64,000 nt of DNA from Eledone cirrhosa (lineage: Eukaryota), in contig OZ024740.1 of NCBI GenBank assembly GCA_964016885.1, positions 433,690,001 to 433,754,000 on the forward strand, in the 5' to 3' direction. The notes beneath the pieces were generated by a model that searched no databases, was not told the DNA's origin, and saw only the letters and a program-made list of their open reading frames with translations. A program made the position numbers and the translations under genes. This document shows positions 1-13,400 of this stretch, in pieces (the stretch's first letter is position 1; every line of letters starts with the position of its first letter).

Positions 1-3000
1 TGTGTCAGTTGAACACCTAGTGTGTCAGTTGAACACCTAGTGTGTCGGTTGACCACCTAGTGTATCAGTTGACCTCCTAATGTGTCAGTTGAACACCTAG
101 TGTGTCAGTTGAACACCTAGTGTGTCAGTTGAACACCTAGTGTGTCAGTTGACCACCAAGTGTGTCAGTTGACCACCTAGTGTCAGTTGACCACCAAGTG
201 TGTCAGTTGACCACCAAGTATCAGTTGATCACCTAGTGTGTCAGGTGACCACCTAGTGTGTCAGTTGACCACCTAGTGTGTCAGTTGACCACCTAGTGTG
301 TCAGTTGACCACCTAGTGGGTCAGTTGACCACCTAGTGGGTCAGTTGACCACCTAGTGTGTCAGGTGACCACCTAGTGTGTCAGTTGACCACCTAGTGTG
401 TCAGTTGACCACCTACTGTGTCAGTTGACCACCAAGTCTGTCAGTTGACAACCTAGTGTGTCAGTTGACCACCTAGTGTGTCAGTTGACCACCTACTGTG
501 TCAGTTGACCACCAAGTGTGTCAGTTGACACCAAGTGTGTCAGTTGACCACCAAGTGTCAGTTGACCACCTAGTGTGTCAGTTGACCACCTAGTGTGTCA
601 GTTAACCACCTAGTGTGTCAGTTGACCACCCAGTGTGTAAGTTGACCACCTACTGTGTCAGTTGACCACCAAGACTGTCAGTTGACCACCTATTGTGTCA
701 GTTGACCACCTAGTGTGTCAGTTGACCACCTAGTGTGTCAGTTGACCACCTAGTGTGTCAGTTGACCACCTAGTGTGTCAGTTGACCACCTAGTGTGTCA
801 GCTGACCACCTAGTGTGTCAGTTGAACACCTTGTGTGTCAGTTGACCACCTAGTGTGTCAGTTGACCTCCTAATGTGTCAGTTGAACACCTAGTGTGTCA
901 GTTGACCACCAATTGTGTCAGTTGACCACCTAATGTGTCAGTTGAACACCTAGTGTGTCAGTTGACCACCTAGTGTGTCAGTTGACCACCTAGTGTGTCA
1001 GTTGAACACCTAGTGTGTCAGTTGACCACCTAGTGTGTCAGTTGACCACCTAGTGTGTCAGTTGATCACCTAGTGTGTCAGTTGACCACCTAGTGTGTCA
1101 GTTGACCACCAAGTGTGTCAGTTGACCACCTAGTGTCAGTTGACCACCAAGTGTGTCAGTTGACCACCAAGTGTCAGTTGATCACCTAGTGTGTCAGGTG
1201 ACCACCTAGTGTGTCAGTTGACCACCTAGTGTCAGTTGACCACCTAGTGTGTCAGTTGAACACCTCGTATGTCAGTTGACCACCTAGTGTGTCAGTTGAA
1301 CACCTAGTGTGTCAGTTGACCACCATGTGTGTGTCAGTTGACCACCTAGTGTGTCAGTTGAACACCTAGTGTCAGTTGAACACCTAGTGTGTCAGTTGAA
1401 CACCTTGTGTGTCAGTTGAACACCTAGTGTGTCAGTTGACCTCCTAGTGTGTCAGTTGAACACCTAGTGTGTCAGTTGACCACCTAGTGTGTCAGTTGAC
1501 CACCAAGTGTGTCAGTTGACCACCTAGTGTGTCAGTTGACCACCTAGTGTGTCAGTTGACCACCTAGTGTGTCAGTTGACCACCTAGTGTGACAGTTGAA
1601 CACCTAGTGTCAGTTGAACACCTAGTGTGTCAGTTGACCACCTAGTGTGTCAGTTGACCACATAGTGTGTCAGTTGACCACCTAGTGTCAGTTGACCACC
1701 TAGTGTGTCAGTTGAACACCAAGTGTGTCAGTTGACCACCTAGTGTGTCAGTTGAACACCTAGTGTGTCAGTTGAACACCTAGTGTGTCAGTTGACCACC
1801 TAGTGTGTCAGTTGACCACCTAGTGTGTCAGTTGACCACCTAGTGTCAGTTGAACACCTAGTGTGTCAGTTGAACACCTAGTGTGTCAGTTGACCACCTA
1901 GTGTGTCAGTTGACCACCTAGTGTGTCAGTTGAACACCTAGTGTGTCAGTTGAACACCTAGTGTGTCAGTTCACCACCTAGTGTGTCAGTTGACCACCTA
2001 GTGTGTCAGTTGACCACCTAGTGTGTCAGTTGACCACCTAGTCTGTCAGTTGACCACCTAGTGTGTCAGTTGACCTCCTAATGTGTCAGTTGAACACCTA
2101 GTGTGTCAGTTGACCACCTAGTGTGTCAGTTGACCACCTAGTGTGTCAGTTGACCACCTAGTGTGTCAGTTGACCACCTAGTGTGTCAGTTGACCACCAA
2201 GTGTGTCAGTTGACCACCTAGTGTGTCAGTTGACCACCTAGTGTGTCAGTTGACCACCAAGTGTGTCACTTGACCACCTAGTGTGTCAGTTGACCATCAA
2301 GTGTGTCAGTTGACCACCTAGTGTGTCAGTTGACCACCTAGTGTGTCAGTTGACCACCTAGTGTGTCAGTTGAACACCAAGTCTGTCAGTTGACCACCTA
2401 GTGTGTCAGTTGACCACCTAGTGTGTCAGTTGAACACCTAGTGTGTCAGTTGACCACCTAGTGTGTCAGTTGATCACCTTGTGTGTCAGTTGAACACCTA
2501 GTGTGTCAGTTGACCACCTAGTGTATCAGTTGACCTCCTAATGTGTCAGTTGAACACCTAGTGTGTCAGTTGAACACCTAGTGTGTCAGTTGAACACCTA
2601 GTGTGTCAGTTGACCACCAAGTGTGTCAGTTGACCACCTAGTGTCAGTTGACCACCAAGTGTGTCAGTTGACCACCTAGTGTGTCAGTTGACCACCTAGT
2701 GTGTCAGTTGATCACCTAGTGTGTCAGTTGACCACCTAGTGTGTCAGTTGACCACCAACTATGTCAGTTGACCACCTAGTGTCTCAGTTGACCAGCAAGT
2801 GTGTCAGTTGACCACCAAGTGTGTCAGTTGACCACCTAGTGTGTCACTTGACAACCTAGTGTGTCAGTTGACCACCTAGTGTCAGTTGAACACCTAGTAT
2901 GTCAGTTGACCACCTAGTGTGTCAGTTGAACACCTAGTGTCAGTTGACCACCATGTGTGTGTCAGTTGACCACCTAGTGTGTCAGTTGACCACCTAGTGT

Positions 3001-4869
3001 CAGTTGAACACCTAGTGTGTCAGTTGAACACCTTGTGTGTCAGTTGAACACCTAGTGTGTCAGTTGACCTCCTAATGTGTCAGTTGAACACCTAGTGTGT
3101 CAGTTGACCACCTAGTGTGTCAGTTGACCACCAAGTGTGTCAGTTGACCACCTAGTGTGTCAGTTGACCACCTAGTGTGTCAGTTGACCACCTAGTGTGT
3201 CAGTTGACCACCTAGTGTGACAGTTGAACACCTAGTGTCAGTTGAACACCTAGTGTGTCAGTTGACCACCTAGTGTGTCAGTTGACCACCTAGTGTGTCA
3301 GTTGACCACCTAGTGTCAGTTGACCACCTAGTGTGTCAGTTGAACACCAAGTGTGTCAGTTGACCACCTAGTGTGTCAGTTGAACACCTAGTGTGTCAGT
3401 TGAACACCTAGTGTGTCAGTTGACCACCTAGTGTGTCAGCTGACCACCTAGTGTGTCAGTTGACCACCTAGTGTCAGTTGAACACCTAGTGTGTCAGTTG
3501 AACACCTAGTGTGTCAGTTGACCACCTAGTGTGTCAGTTGAACACCTAGTGTGTTAGTTGAACACCTAGTGTGTCAGTTGACCACCTAGTGTGTCAGTTG
3601 ACCACCTAGTGTGTCAGTTGACCACCTAGTGTGTCAGTTGACCACCTAGTCTGTCAGTTGACCACCTAGTGTGTCAGTTGACCTCCTAATGTTTCAGTTG
3701 AACACCTAGTGTGTCAGTTGACCACCTAGTGTGTCAGTTGACCACCTAGTGTGTCAGTTGACCACCTAGTGTGTCAGTTGACCACCTAGTGTGTCAGTTG
3801 ACCACCAAGTGTGTCAGTTGACCACCTAGTGTGTCAGTTGACCACCTAGTGTGTCAGTTGACCACCAAGTGTGTCACTTGACCACCTAGTGTGTCAGCTG
3901 ACCACCTAGTGTGTCAGTTGACCATCAAGTGTGTCAGTTGACCACCTAGTGTGTCAGTTGACCACCTAGTGTGTCAGTTGACCACCTAGTGTGTCAGTTG
4001 ACCACCAAGTCTGTCAGTTGACCACCTAGTGTGTCAGTTGACCACCTAGTGTGTCAGTTGAACACCTAGTGTGTCAGTTGACCACCTAGTGTGTCAGTTG
4101 AACACCTTGTGTGTCAGTTGAACACCTAGTGTGTCAGTTGACCACCTAGTGTATCAGTTGACCTCCTAATGTGTCAGTTGAACACCTAGTGTGTCAGTTG
4201 AACACCTAGTGTGTCAGTTGAACACCTAGTGTGTCAGTTGACCACCAAGTGTGTCAGTTGACCACCTAGTGTCAGTTGACCACCAAGTGTGTCAGTTGAC
4301 CACCTAGTGTGTCAGTTGACCACCTAGTGTGTCAGTTGAACACCTTCTGTGTCAGTTGACCACCTAGTGTGTCAGTTGACCTCCTAATGTGTCAGTTGAA
4401 CACCTTGTGTGTCAGTTGACCACCAAGTGTGTCAGTTGACCACCTAGTGTGTCAGTTGACCACCAAGTGTGTCAGTTGACCACCTAGTGTGTCAGTTGAC
4501 CACCCAGTGTGTCAGTTGAACACCTAGTGTGTCAGTTGACCACATAGTGTGTCAGTTGACCACCTAGTGTGTCAGTTGACCACCAAGTGTGTCAGTTGAC
4601 CACATAGTGTCTCAGTTGACCAGCAAGTGTGTCAGTTGACCGCCAAGTGTGTCAGTTGACCACCTAGTGTGTCAGTTGACCACCTAGTGTGTCAGTTGAC
4701 CACATAGTGTCAGTTGAACACCTAGTGTGTCAGTTGAACACCTAGTGTGTCAGTTGAACACCTAGTGTGTCAGATGACCACCTAGAGTGCCAGTTGACCA
4801 CCAAGTGTGTCAGTTGACCACCTAGTGTCAGTTGACCACCTAGTGTGTCAGTTGAACACCTAGAGTGTC

Positions 4870-7450
4870 AGTTGAACACCTAGTGTGTCAGTTGAACACC
4901 TAGTGTGTCAGTTGACCACCTAGTGTGTCAGTTGACCACCTAGTGTGTCAGTTGACCACCTAGTGTATCAGTTGACCTCCTAATGTGTCAGTTGAACACC
5001 TAGTGTGTCAGTTGAACACCTAGTGTGTCAGTTGAACACCTAGTGTGTCAGTTGACCACCAAGTGTGTCAGTTGACCACCTAGTGTCAGTTGACCACCAA
5101 GTGTGTCAGTTGACCACCTAGTGTGTCAGTTGACCATCTAGTGTGTCAGTTGAACACCTAGTGTGTCAGTTGAACACCTAGTGTGTCGGTTGACCACCTA
5201 GTGTATCAGTTGACCTCCTAATGTGTCAGTTGAACACCTAGTGTGTCAGTTGAACACCTAGTGTGTCAGTTGAACACCTAGCGTGTCACTTGACCACCTA
5301 GTGTCAGTTGACCACCTAGTGTGTCAGTTGACCACCTAGTGTGTCACTTGACAACCTAGTGTGTCAGTTGACCACCTAGTGTCAGTTGACCACCTAGTGT
5401 GTCAGTTGAACACCTAGTATGTCAGTTGACCACCTAGTGTGTCAGTTGAACACCTAGTGTGTCAGTTGACCACCATGTGTGTGTCAGTTGACCACCTAGT
5501 GTGTCAGTTGACCACCTAGTGTCAGTTGAACACCTAGTGTGTCAGTTGAACACCTTGTGTGTCAGTTGAACACCAAGTGTGTCAGTTGACCACCTAGTGT
5601 GTCAGTTGACCTCCTAATGTGTCAGTTGAACACCTAGTGTGTCAGTTGACCACCTAGTGTGTCAGTTGACCACCAAGTGTGTCAGTTGACCACCTAGTGT
5701 GTCAGTTGACCACCTAGTGTGTCAGTTGACCACCTAGTGTGTCAGTTGACCACCTAGTGTGACAGTTGAACACCTAGTGTCAGTTGAACACCTAGTGTGT
5801 CAGTTGACCACCTAGTGTGTCAGTTGACCACCTAGTGTGTCAGTTGACCACCTAGTGTCAGTTGACCACCTAGTGTGTCAGTTGAACACCAAGTGTGTCA
5901 GTTGACCACCTAGTGTGTCAGTTGAACACCTAGTGTGTCAGTTGAACACCTAGTGTGTCAGTTGACCACCTAGTGTGTCAGTTGACCACCTAGTGTGTCA
6001 GTTGACCACCTAGTGTCAGTTGAACACCTAGTGTGTCAGTTGAACACCTAGTGTGTCAGTTGACCACCTAGTGTGTCAGTTGAACACCTAGTGTGTCAGT
6101 TGAACACCTAGTGTGTCAGTTGACCACCTAGTGTGTCAGTTGACCACCTAGTGTGTCAGTTGACCACCTAGTGTGTCAGTTGAACACCTAGTGTGTCAGT
6201 TGAACACCTAGTGTGTCAGTTGACCACCTAGTGTGTCAGTTGACCACCTAGTGTATCAGTTGACCTCCTAATGTGTCAGTTGAACACCTAGTGTGTCAGT
6301 TGAACACCTAGTGTGTCAGTTGAACACCTAGTGTGTCAGTTGACCACCAAGTGTGTCAGTTGACCACCTAGTGTCAGTTGACCACCAAGTGTGTCAGTTG
6401 ACCACCTAGTGTGTCAGTTGACCATCTAGTGTGTCAGTTGAACACCTAGTGTGTCAGTTGAACACCTAGTGTGTCGGTTGACCACCTAGTGTATCAGTTG
6501 ACCTCCTAATGTGTCAGTTGAACACCTAGTGTGTCAGTTGAACACCTAGTGTGTCAGTTGAACACCTAGCGTGTCACTTGACCACCTAGTGTCAGTTGAC
6601 CACCTAGTGTGTCAGTTGACCACCTAGTGTGTCACTTGACAACCTAGTGTGTCAGTTGACCACCTAGTGTCAGTTGACCACCTAGTGTGTCAGTTGAACA
6701 CCTAGTATGTCAGTTGACCACCTAGTGTGTCAGTTGAACACCTAGTGTGTCAGTTGACCACCATGTGTGTGTCAGTTGACCACCTAGTGTGTCAGTTGAC
6801 CACCTAGTGTCAGTTGAACACCTAGTGTGTCAGTTGAACACCTTGTGTGTCAGTTGAACACCAAGTGTGTCAGTTGACCACCTAGTGTGTCAGTTGACCT
6901 CCTAATGTGTCAGTTGAACACCTAGTGTGTCAGTTGACCACCTAGTGTGTCAGTTGACCACCAAGTGTGTCAGTTGACCACCTAGTGTGTCAGTTGACCA
7001 CCTAGTGTGTCAGTTGACCACCTAGTGTGTCAGTTGACCACCTAGTGTGACAGTTGAACACCTAGTGTCAGTTGAACACCTAGTGTGTCAGTTGACCACC
7101 TAGTGTGTCAGTTGACCACCTAGTGTGTCAGTTGACCACCTAGTGTCAGTTGACCACCTAGTGTGTCAGTTGAACACCAAGTGTGTCAGTTGACCACCTA
7201 GTGTGTCAGTTGAACACCTAGTGTGTCAGTTGAACACCTAGTGTGTCAGTTGACCACCTAGTGTGTCAGTTGACCACCTAGTGTGTCAGTTGACCACCTA
7301 GTGTCAGTTGAACACCTAGTGTGTCAGTTGAACACCTAGTGTGTCAGTTGACCACCTAGTGTGTCAGTTGAACACCTAGTGTGTCAGTTGAACACCTAGT
7401 GTGTCAGTTGACCACCTAGTGTGTCAGTTGACCACCTAGTGTGTCAGTTG
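4870..7450 (+). repeat. Tandem block duplication, period 1288 bp
   Basis: Marker GTGTCGGTTG (C at 5187 and 6475) and marker GTGACAGTTGAA (5761 and 7049) are both offset by 1288. Confidence 0.85.
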
Positions 7451-10400
7451 ACCACCTAGTGTGCCAGTTGACCACCTAGTCTGTCAGTTGACCACCTAGT
7501 GTGTCAGTTGACCTCCTAATGTGTCAGTTGAACACCTAGTGTGTCAGTTGACCACCTAGTGTGTCAGTTGACCACCTAGTGTGTCAGTTGACCACCTAGT
7601 GTGTCAGTTGACCACCTAGTGTGTCAGTTGACCACCAAGTGTGTCAGTTGACCACCTAGTGTGTCAGTTGACGACCTAGTGTGTCAGTTGACCACCAAGT
7701 GTGTCACTTGACCACCTAGTGTGTCAGTTGACCACCTAGTGTGTCAGTTGACCATCAAGTGTGTCAGTTGACCACCTAGTGTGTCAGTTGACCACCTAGT
7801 GTGTCAGTTGACCACCTAGTGTGTCAGTTGACCACCAAGTCTGTCAGTTGACCACCTAGTGTGTCAGTTGATCACCTAGTGTGTCAGTTGAACACCTGGT
7901 GTGTCAGTTGACCACCTAGTGTGTCAGTTGAACACCTTGTGTGTCAGTTGAACACCTAGTGTGTCAGTTGACCACCTAGTGTATCAGTTGACCTCCTAAT
8001 GTGTCAGTTGAACACCTTGTGTGTCAGTTGACCACCAAGTGTGTCAGTTGACCACCTAGTGTGTCAGTTGACCACCAAGTGTGTCAGTTGACCACCTAGT
8101 GTGTCAGTTGACCACCCAGTGTGTCAGTTGAACACCTAGTGTGTCAGTTGACCACAGTGTGTCAGTTGACCACCTAGTGTGTCAGTTGACCACCAAGTGT
8201 GTCAGTTGACCACATAGTGTCTCAGTTGACCAGCAAGTGTGTCAGTTGACCGCCAAGTGTGTCAGTTGACCACCTAGTGTGTCAGTTGACCACCTAGTGT
8301 GTCAGTTGACCACATAGTGTCAGTTGAACACCTAGTGTGTCAGTTGAACACCTAGTGTGTCAGTTGAACACCTAGTGTGTCAGATGACCACCTAGAGTGC
8401 CAGTTGACCACCAAGTGTGTCAGTTGACCACCTAGTGTCAGTTGACCACCTAGTGTGTCAGTTGAACACCTAGAGTGTCAGTTGAACACCTAGTGTGTCA
8501 GTTGAACACCTAGTGTGTCAGTTGACCACCTAGTGTGTCAGTTGACCACCTAGTGTGTCAGTTGACCACCTAGTGTATCAGTTGACCTCCTAATGTGTCA
8601 GTTGAACACCTAGTGTGTCAGTTGAACACCTAGTGTGTCAGTTGAACACCTAGTGTGTCAGTTGACCACCAAGTGTGTCAGTTGACCACCTAGTGTCAGT
8701 TGACCACCAAGTGTGTCAGTTGACCACCTAGTGTGTCAGTTGACCATCTAGTGTGTCAGTTGAACACCTAGTGTGTCAGTTGAACACCTAGTGTGTCGGT
8801 TGACCACCTAGTGTATCAGTTGACCTCCTAATGTGTCAGTTGAACACCTAGTGTGTCAGTTGAACACCTAGTGTGTCAGTTGAACACCTAGTGTGTCAGT
8901 TGACCACCAAGTGTGTCAGTTGACCACCTAGTGTCAGTTGACCACCAGGTGTGTCAGTTCACCACCTAGTGTGTCAGTTGACCATCTAGTGTGTCAGTTG
9001 AACACCTAGTGTGTCAGTTGAACACCTAGTGTGTCAGTTGACCACCTACTGTCAGTTGAACACCTAGTGTGTCAGTTGAACACCTAGTGTGTCAGTTGAA
9101 CTCCTAGTGTGTCAGTTGACCACCTAGTGTGCCAGTTGACCACCAAGTGTGTCAATTGACCACCTAGTGTGTCAGTTGACCACCAAGTGTGTCAGTTGAC
9201 CACCAAGTGTGTCAGTTGACCACCAAGTGTGTCATTTGACCTCGTAATGTGTCAGTTGACCACCTAGTGTGTCAGTGGACCACCTAGTGTGTCATTTGAA
9301 CACCTTGTGTGTCAGTTGAACACCTCGTGTGTCAGTTGACCACCAAGTGTGTCAGTTGACCACCTAGTGTGTCAGTTGACCACCAAGTGTGTCAGTTGAC
9401 CACCTAGTGTGTCAGTTGACCACCCAGTGTGTCAGTTGAACACCTAGTGTGTCAGTTGACCACCTAGTGTGTCAGTTGACCACCTAGTGTGTCAGTTGAC
9501 TACCTAGTGTGTCAGTTGACCACCAAGTGTGTCAGTTGACCACATAGTGTCTCAGTTGACCAGCAAGTGTGTCAGTTGACCGCCAAGTGTGTCAGTTGAC
9601 CACCTAGTGTGTCAGTTGACCACCTAGTGTGTCAGTTGACCAACTACTGTCAGTTGAACACCTAGTTTGTCAGTTGAACACCTAGTGTGTCAGTTGAACA
9701 CCTAGTGTGTCAGTTGACCACCTAGTGTGCCAGTTGACCACCAAGTGTGTCAATTGACCACCTAGTGTCAGTTGACCACCTAGTGTGTCAGTTGAACACC
9801 TAGTGTGTCAGTTGAACACCTAGTGTGTCAGTTGACCATCTAGTGTGTCAGTTGAACACCTAGTGTGTCAGTTGAACACCTAGTGTGTCAGTTGAACACC
9901 TAGCGTGTCAGTTGACCACCAAGTGTGTCAGTTGACCACCTAGTGTCAGTTGACCACCTAGTGTGTCAGTTGAACACCTAGTGTGTCAGTTGAACACCTA
10001 GTGTGTCAGTTGAACACCTAGCGTGTCAGTTGACCACCAAGTATGTCAGTTGACCACCTAGTGTGTCAGTTGACCACCTAGTGTGTCAGTTGAACACCTA
10101 GTGTGTCAGTTGACCACCAAGTGTGTCAGTTGACCACCAAGTGTGTCAGTTGACCACCAAGTGTGTCAGTTGACCACCTATTGTGTCAGTTGAACACATA
10201 GTGTGTCAGTTGAACACCTAGTGTCAGTTGAACACCTAGTGTGTCAGTTGACCACCTAGTGTTTAAGTTTACCACCTAGTGTGTCAGTTGACCACCTAGT
10301 GTCAGTTGACCACCTAGTGTGTCAGTTGACCACCAAGTGTGTCAGTTGAACACCTAGTGTGTCAGTTGAACACCTAGTGTGTCAGTTGAACACCTAGCGT

Positions 10401-13400
10401 GTCAGTTGACCACCAAGTGTGTCAGTTGACCACCTAATGTGTCAGTTGACCACCTAGTGTGTCAGTTGAACACCTAGTGTGTCAGTTGACCACCAAGTGT
10501 GTCAGTTGACCACCAAGTGTGGCATTTGACCACCTAGTGTGTCAGTTGAACACCTAGTGTGTCAGTTGAACACCTAGTGTCAGTTGAACACCTAGTGTGT
10601 CAGTTGACCACCTAGTGTTTCAGTTGACCACCTAGTGTGTCAGTTGACCACATAGTGTGAGTTGACCACCTAGTGTGTCGGTTGACCACCAAGTGTGTCA
10701 GTTGACCGCCTAGTGTGTCAGGTGAACACCTAGTGTGTCAGTTGAACACCTAGTGTGTCAGTTGAACACCTAGTGTGTCAGTTGACCACCTAGTGTGTCA
10801 GTTGAACACCTGGTGTGTCAGTTGACCACCAAGTGTGTCAGTTGACCACCAAGTGTGTCAGTTGACCAACTAGTGTGTCAGTTGAACACCTAGTGTGTCA
10901 GTTGAACACCTAGTGTCAGTTGAACACCTAGTGTGTCAGTTGAACACCCAGTGTCAGTTGACCAGCTAGTGTCAGTTGACCACCTAGTGTGTCAGTTGAC
11001 CACCTAGTGTGTCAGTTGACCACCTACTGTGTCAGTTGACCACCTAGTGTGTCAGTTGACCACCTAGTGTGTCAGTTGACCACCTAGTGTCAGTTGACCA
11101 CCTAGTGTGTCAGTTGACCACCAAGTGTGTCAGTTGACCACTTAGTGTCAGTTGACCACCTAGTGTGTCAGTTGAACACCTAGTGTGTCAGTTGAACACC
11201 TAGTGTGTCAGTTGAACACCTAGTGTATCAGTTGACCACCTAGTGTGTCAGTTGAAGCTCTAGTGTGTCAATTGACCACCTAGTGTGTCAGTTGAACACC
11301 TAGTGTTTCAGCTGACCAACTAGTGTGTCAGTTGACCACCTAGTGTGTCAGTTGACCACCTAGTGTGTCAGTTGAACATCAAGTGTGTCAGTTAACCACC
11401 TAGTGTGTCAGTTGACCACCTAGTGTCAGTTGACCACCTAGTGTGTCAGTTGCCCACCTAGTGTGTCAATTGACCACCTAGTGTGTCAGTTGACCACCTA
11501 GTGTGTCAGTTGACCACCTAGTGTGTCAGTTGACCACCTAGTGTGTCAGTTGACCACGAAGTGTATCAGTTGACCACCTAGTGTCAGTTGACCACCTAGT
11601 GTGTCAGTTGACCACCTAGTGTGTCAGTTGATCATCAAGTGTGTCAGTTGACCACCTAGTGTGTCAGTTGACCACCTAGTGTGTCAGTTGATCTCCAAGT
11701 GTGTCAGTTGACCACCAAGTGTATCAGTTGAACACCTAGTGTGTCAGTTGAACACCAAGTGTCAGTTGAACACCTAGTGTGTAAGTTGAACACCTAGTGT
11801 GTCAGTTGACCACCTAGTGTGTCAGTTGACCACCTAGTGTGTCAGTTGAACACCAAGTGTGTCAGTTGACCACCTAGTGTGTCAGTTGTACACCAAGTGT
11901 GGCAGTTGACCACCTAGTGTGTCAGCTGACAACCTAGTGTGTCAGTTGAACACCTAGTGTGTCAGTTGACCACCAAGTGTGTCAGTTGAACACCTAGTGT
12001 GTCAGTTGAACACCAAGTGTGTCAGTTGACCACCTAGTGTGTCAGTTGAACACCTAGTGTGTGAGTTGACCACGTAGTGTGTCAGTTGACCACCTAGTGT
12101 GTCAGTTGAACACCAAGTGTGTCAGTTGACCACCTAGTGTGTCAGTTGAACACCTAGTGTGTCAGTTGAACACCTAGTGTGTCAGTTGACCACCTAGTGT
12201 GTCAGTTGACCACCTAGTGTGTCAGTTGACCACCTAGTGTCAGTTGAACACCTAGTGTGTCAGTTGAACACCTAGTGTGTCAGTTGACCACCTAGTGTGT
12301 CAGTTGAACACCTAGTGTGTCAGTTGAACACCTAGTGTGTCAGTTGACCACCTAGTGTGTCAGTTGACCACCTAGTGTGTCAGTTGACCACCTAGTGTGT
12401 CAGTTGAACACCTAGTGTGTCAGTTGAACACCTAGTGTGTCAGTTGACCACCTAGTGTGTCAGTTGACCACCTAGTGTATCAGTTGACCTCCTAATGTGT
12501 CAGTTGAACACCTAGTGTGTCAGTTGAACACCTAGTGTGTCAGTTGAACACCTAGTGTGTCAGTTGACCACCAAGTGTGTCAGTTGACCACCTAGTGTCA
12601 GTTGACCACCAAGTGTGTCAGTTGACCACCTAGTGTGTCAGTTGACCATCTAGTGTGTCAGTTGAACACCTAGTGTGTCAGTTGAACACCTAGTGTGTCG
12701 GTTGACCACCTAGTGTATCAGTTGACCTCCTAATGTGTCAGTTGAACACCTAGTGTGTCAGTTGAACACCTAGTGTGTCAGTTGAACACCTAGCGTGTCA
12801 CTTGACCACCTAGTGTCAGTTGACCACCTAGTGTGTCAGTTGACCACCTAGTGTGTCACTTGACAACCTAGTGTGTCAGTTGACCACCTAGTGTCAGTTG
12901 ACCACCTAGTGTGTCAGTTGAACACCTAGTATGTCAGTTGACCACCTAGTGTGTCAGTTGAACACCTAGTGTGTCAGTTGACCACCATGTGTGTGTCAGT
13001 TGACCACCTAGTGTGTCAGTTGACCACCTAGTGTCAGTTGAACACCTAGTGTGTCAGTTGAACACCTTGTGTGTCAGTTGAACACCAAGTGTGTCAGTTG
13101 ACCACCTAGTGTGTCAGTTGACCTCCTAATGTGTCAGTTGAACACCTAGTGTGTCAGTTGACCACCTAGTGTGTCAGTTGACCACCAAGTGTGTCAGTTG
13201 ACCACCTAGTGTGTCAGTTGACCACCTAGTGTGTCAGTTGACCACCTAGTGTGTCAGTTGACCACCTAGTGTGACAGTTGAACACCTAGTGTCAGTTGAA
13301 CACCTAGTGTGTCAGTTGACCACCTAGTGTGTCAGTTGACCACCTAGTGTGTCAGTTGACCACCTAGTGTCAGTTGACCACCTAGTGTGTCAGTTGAACA

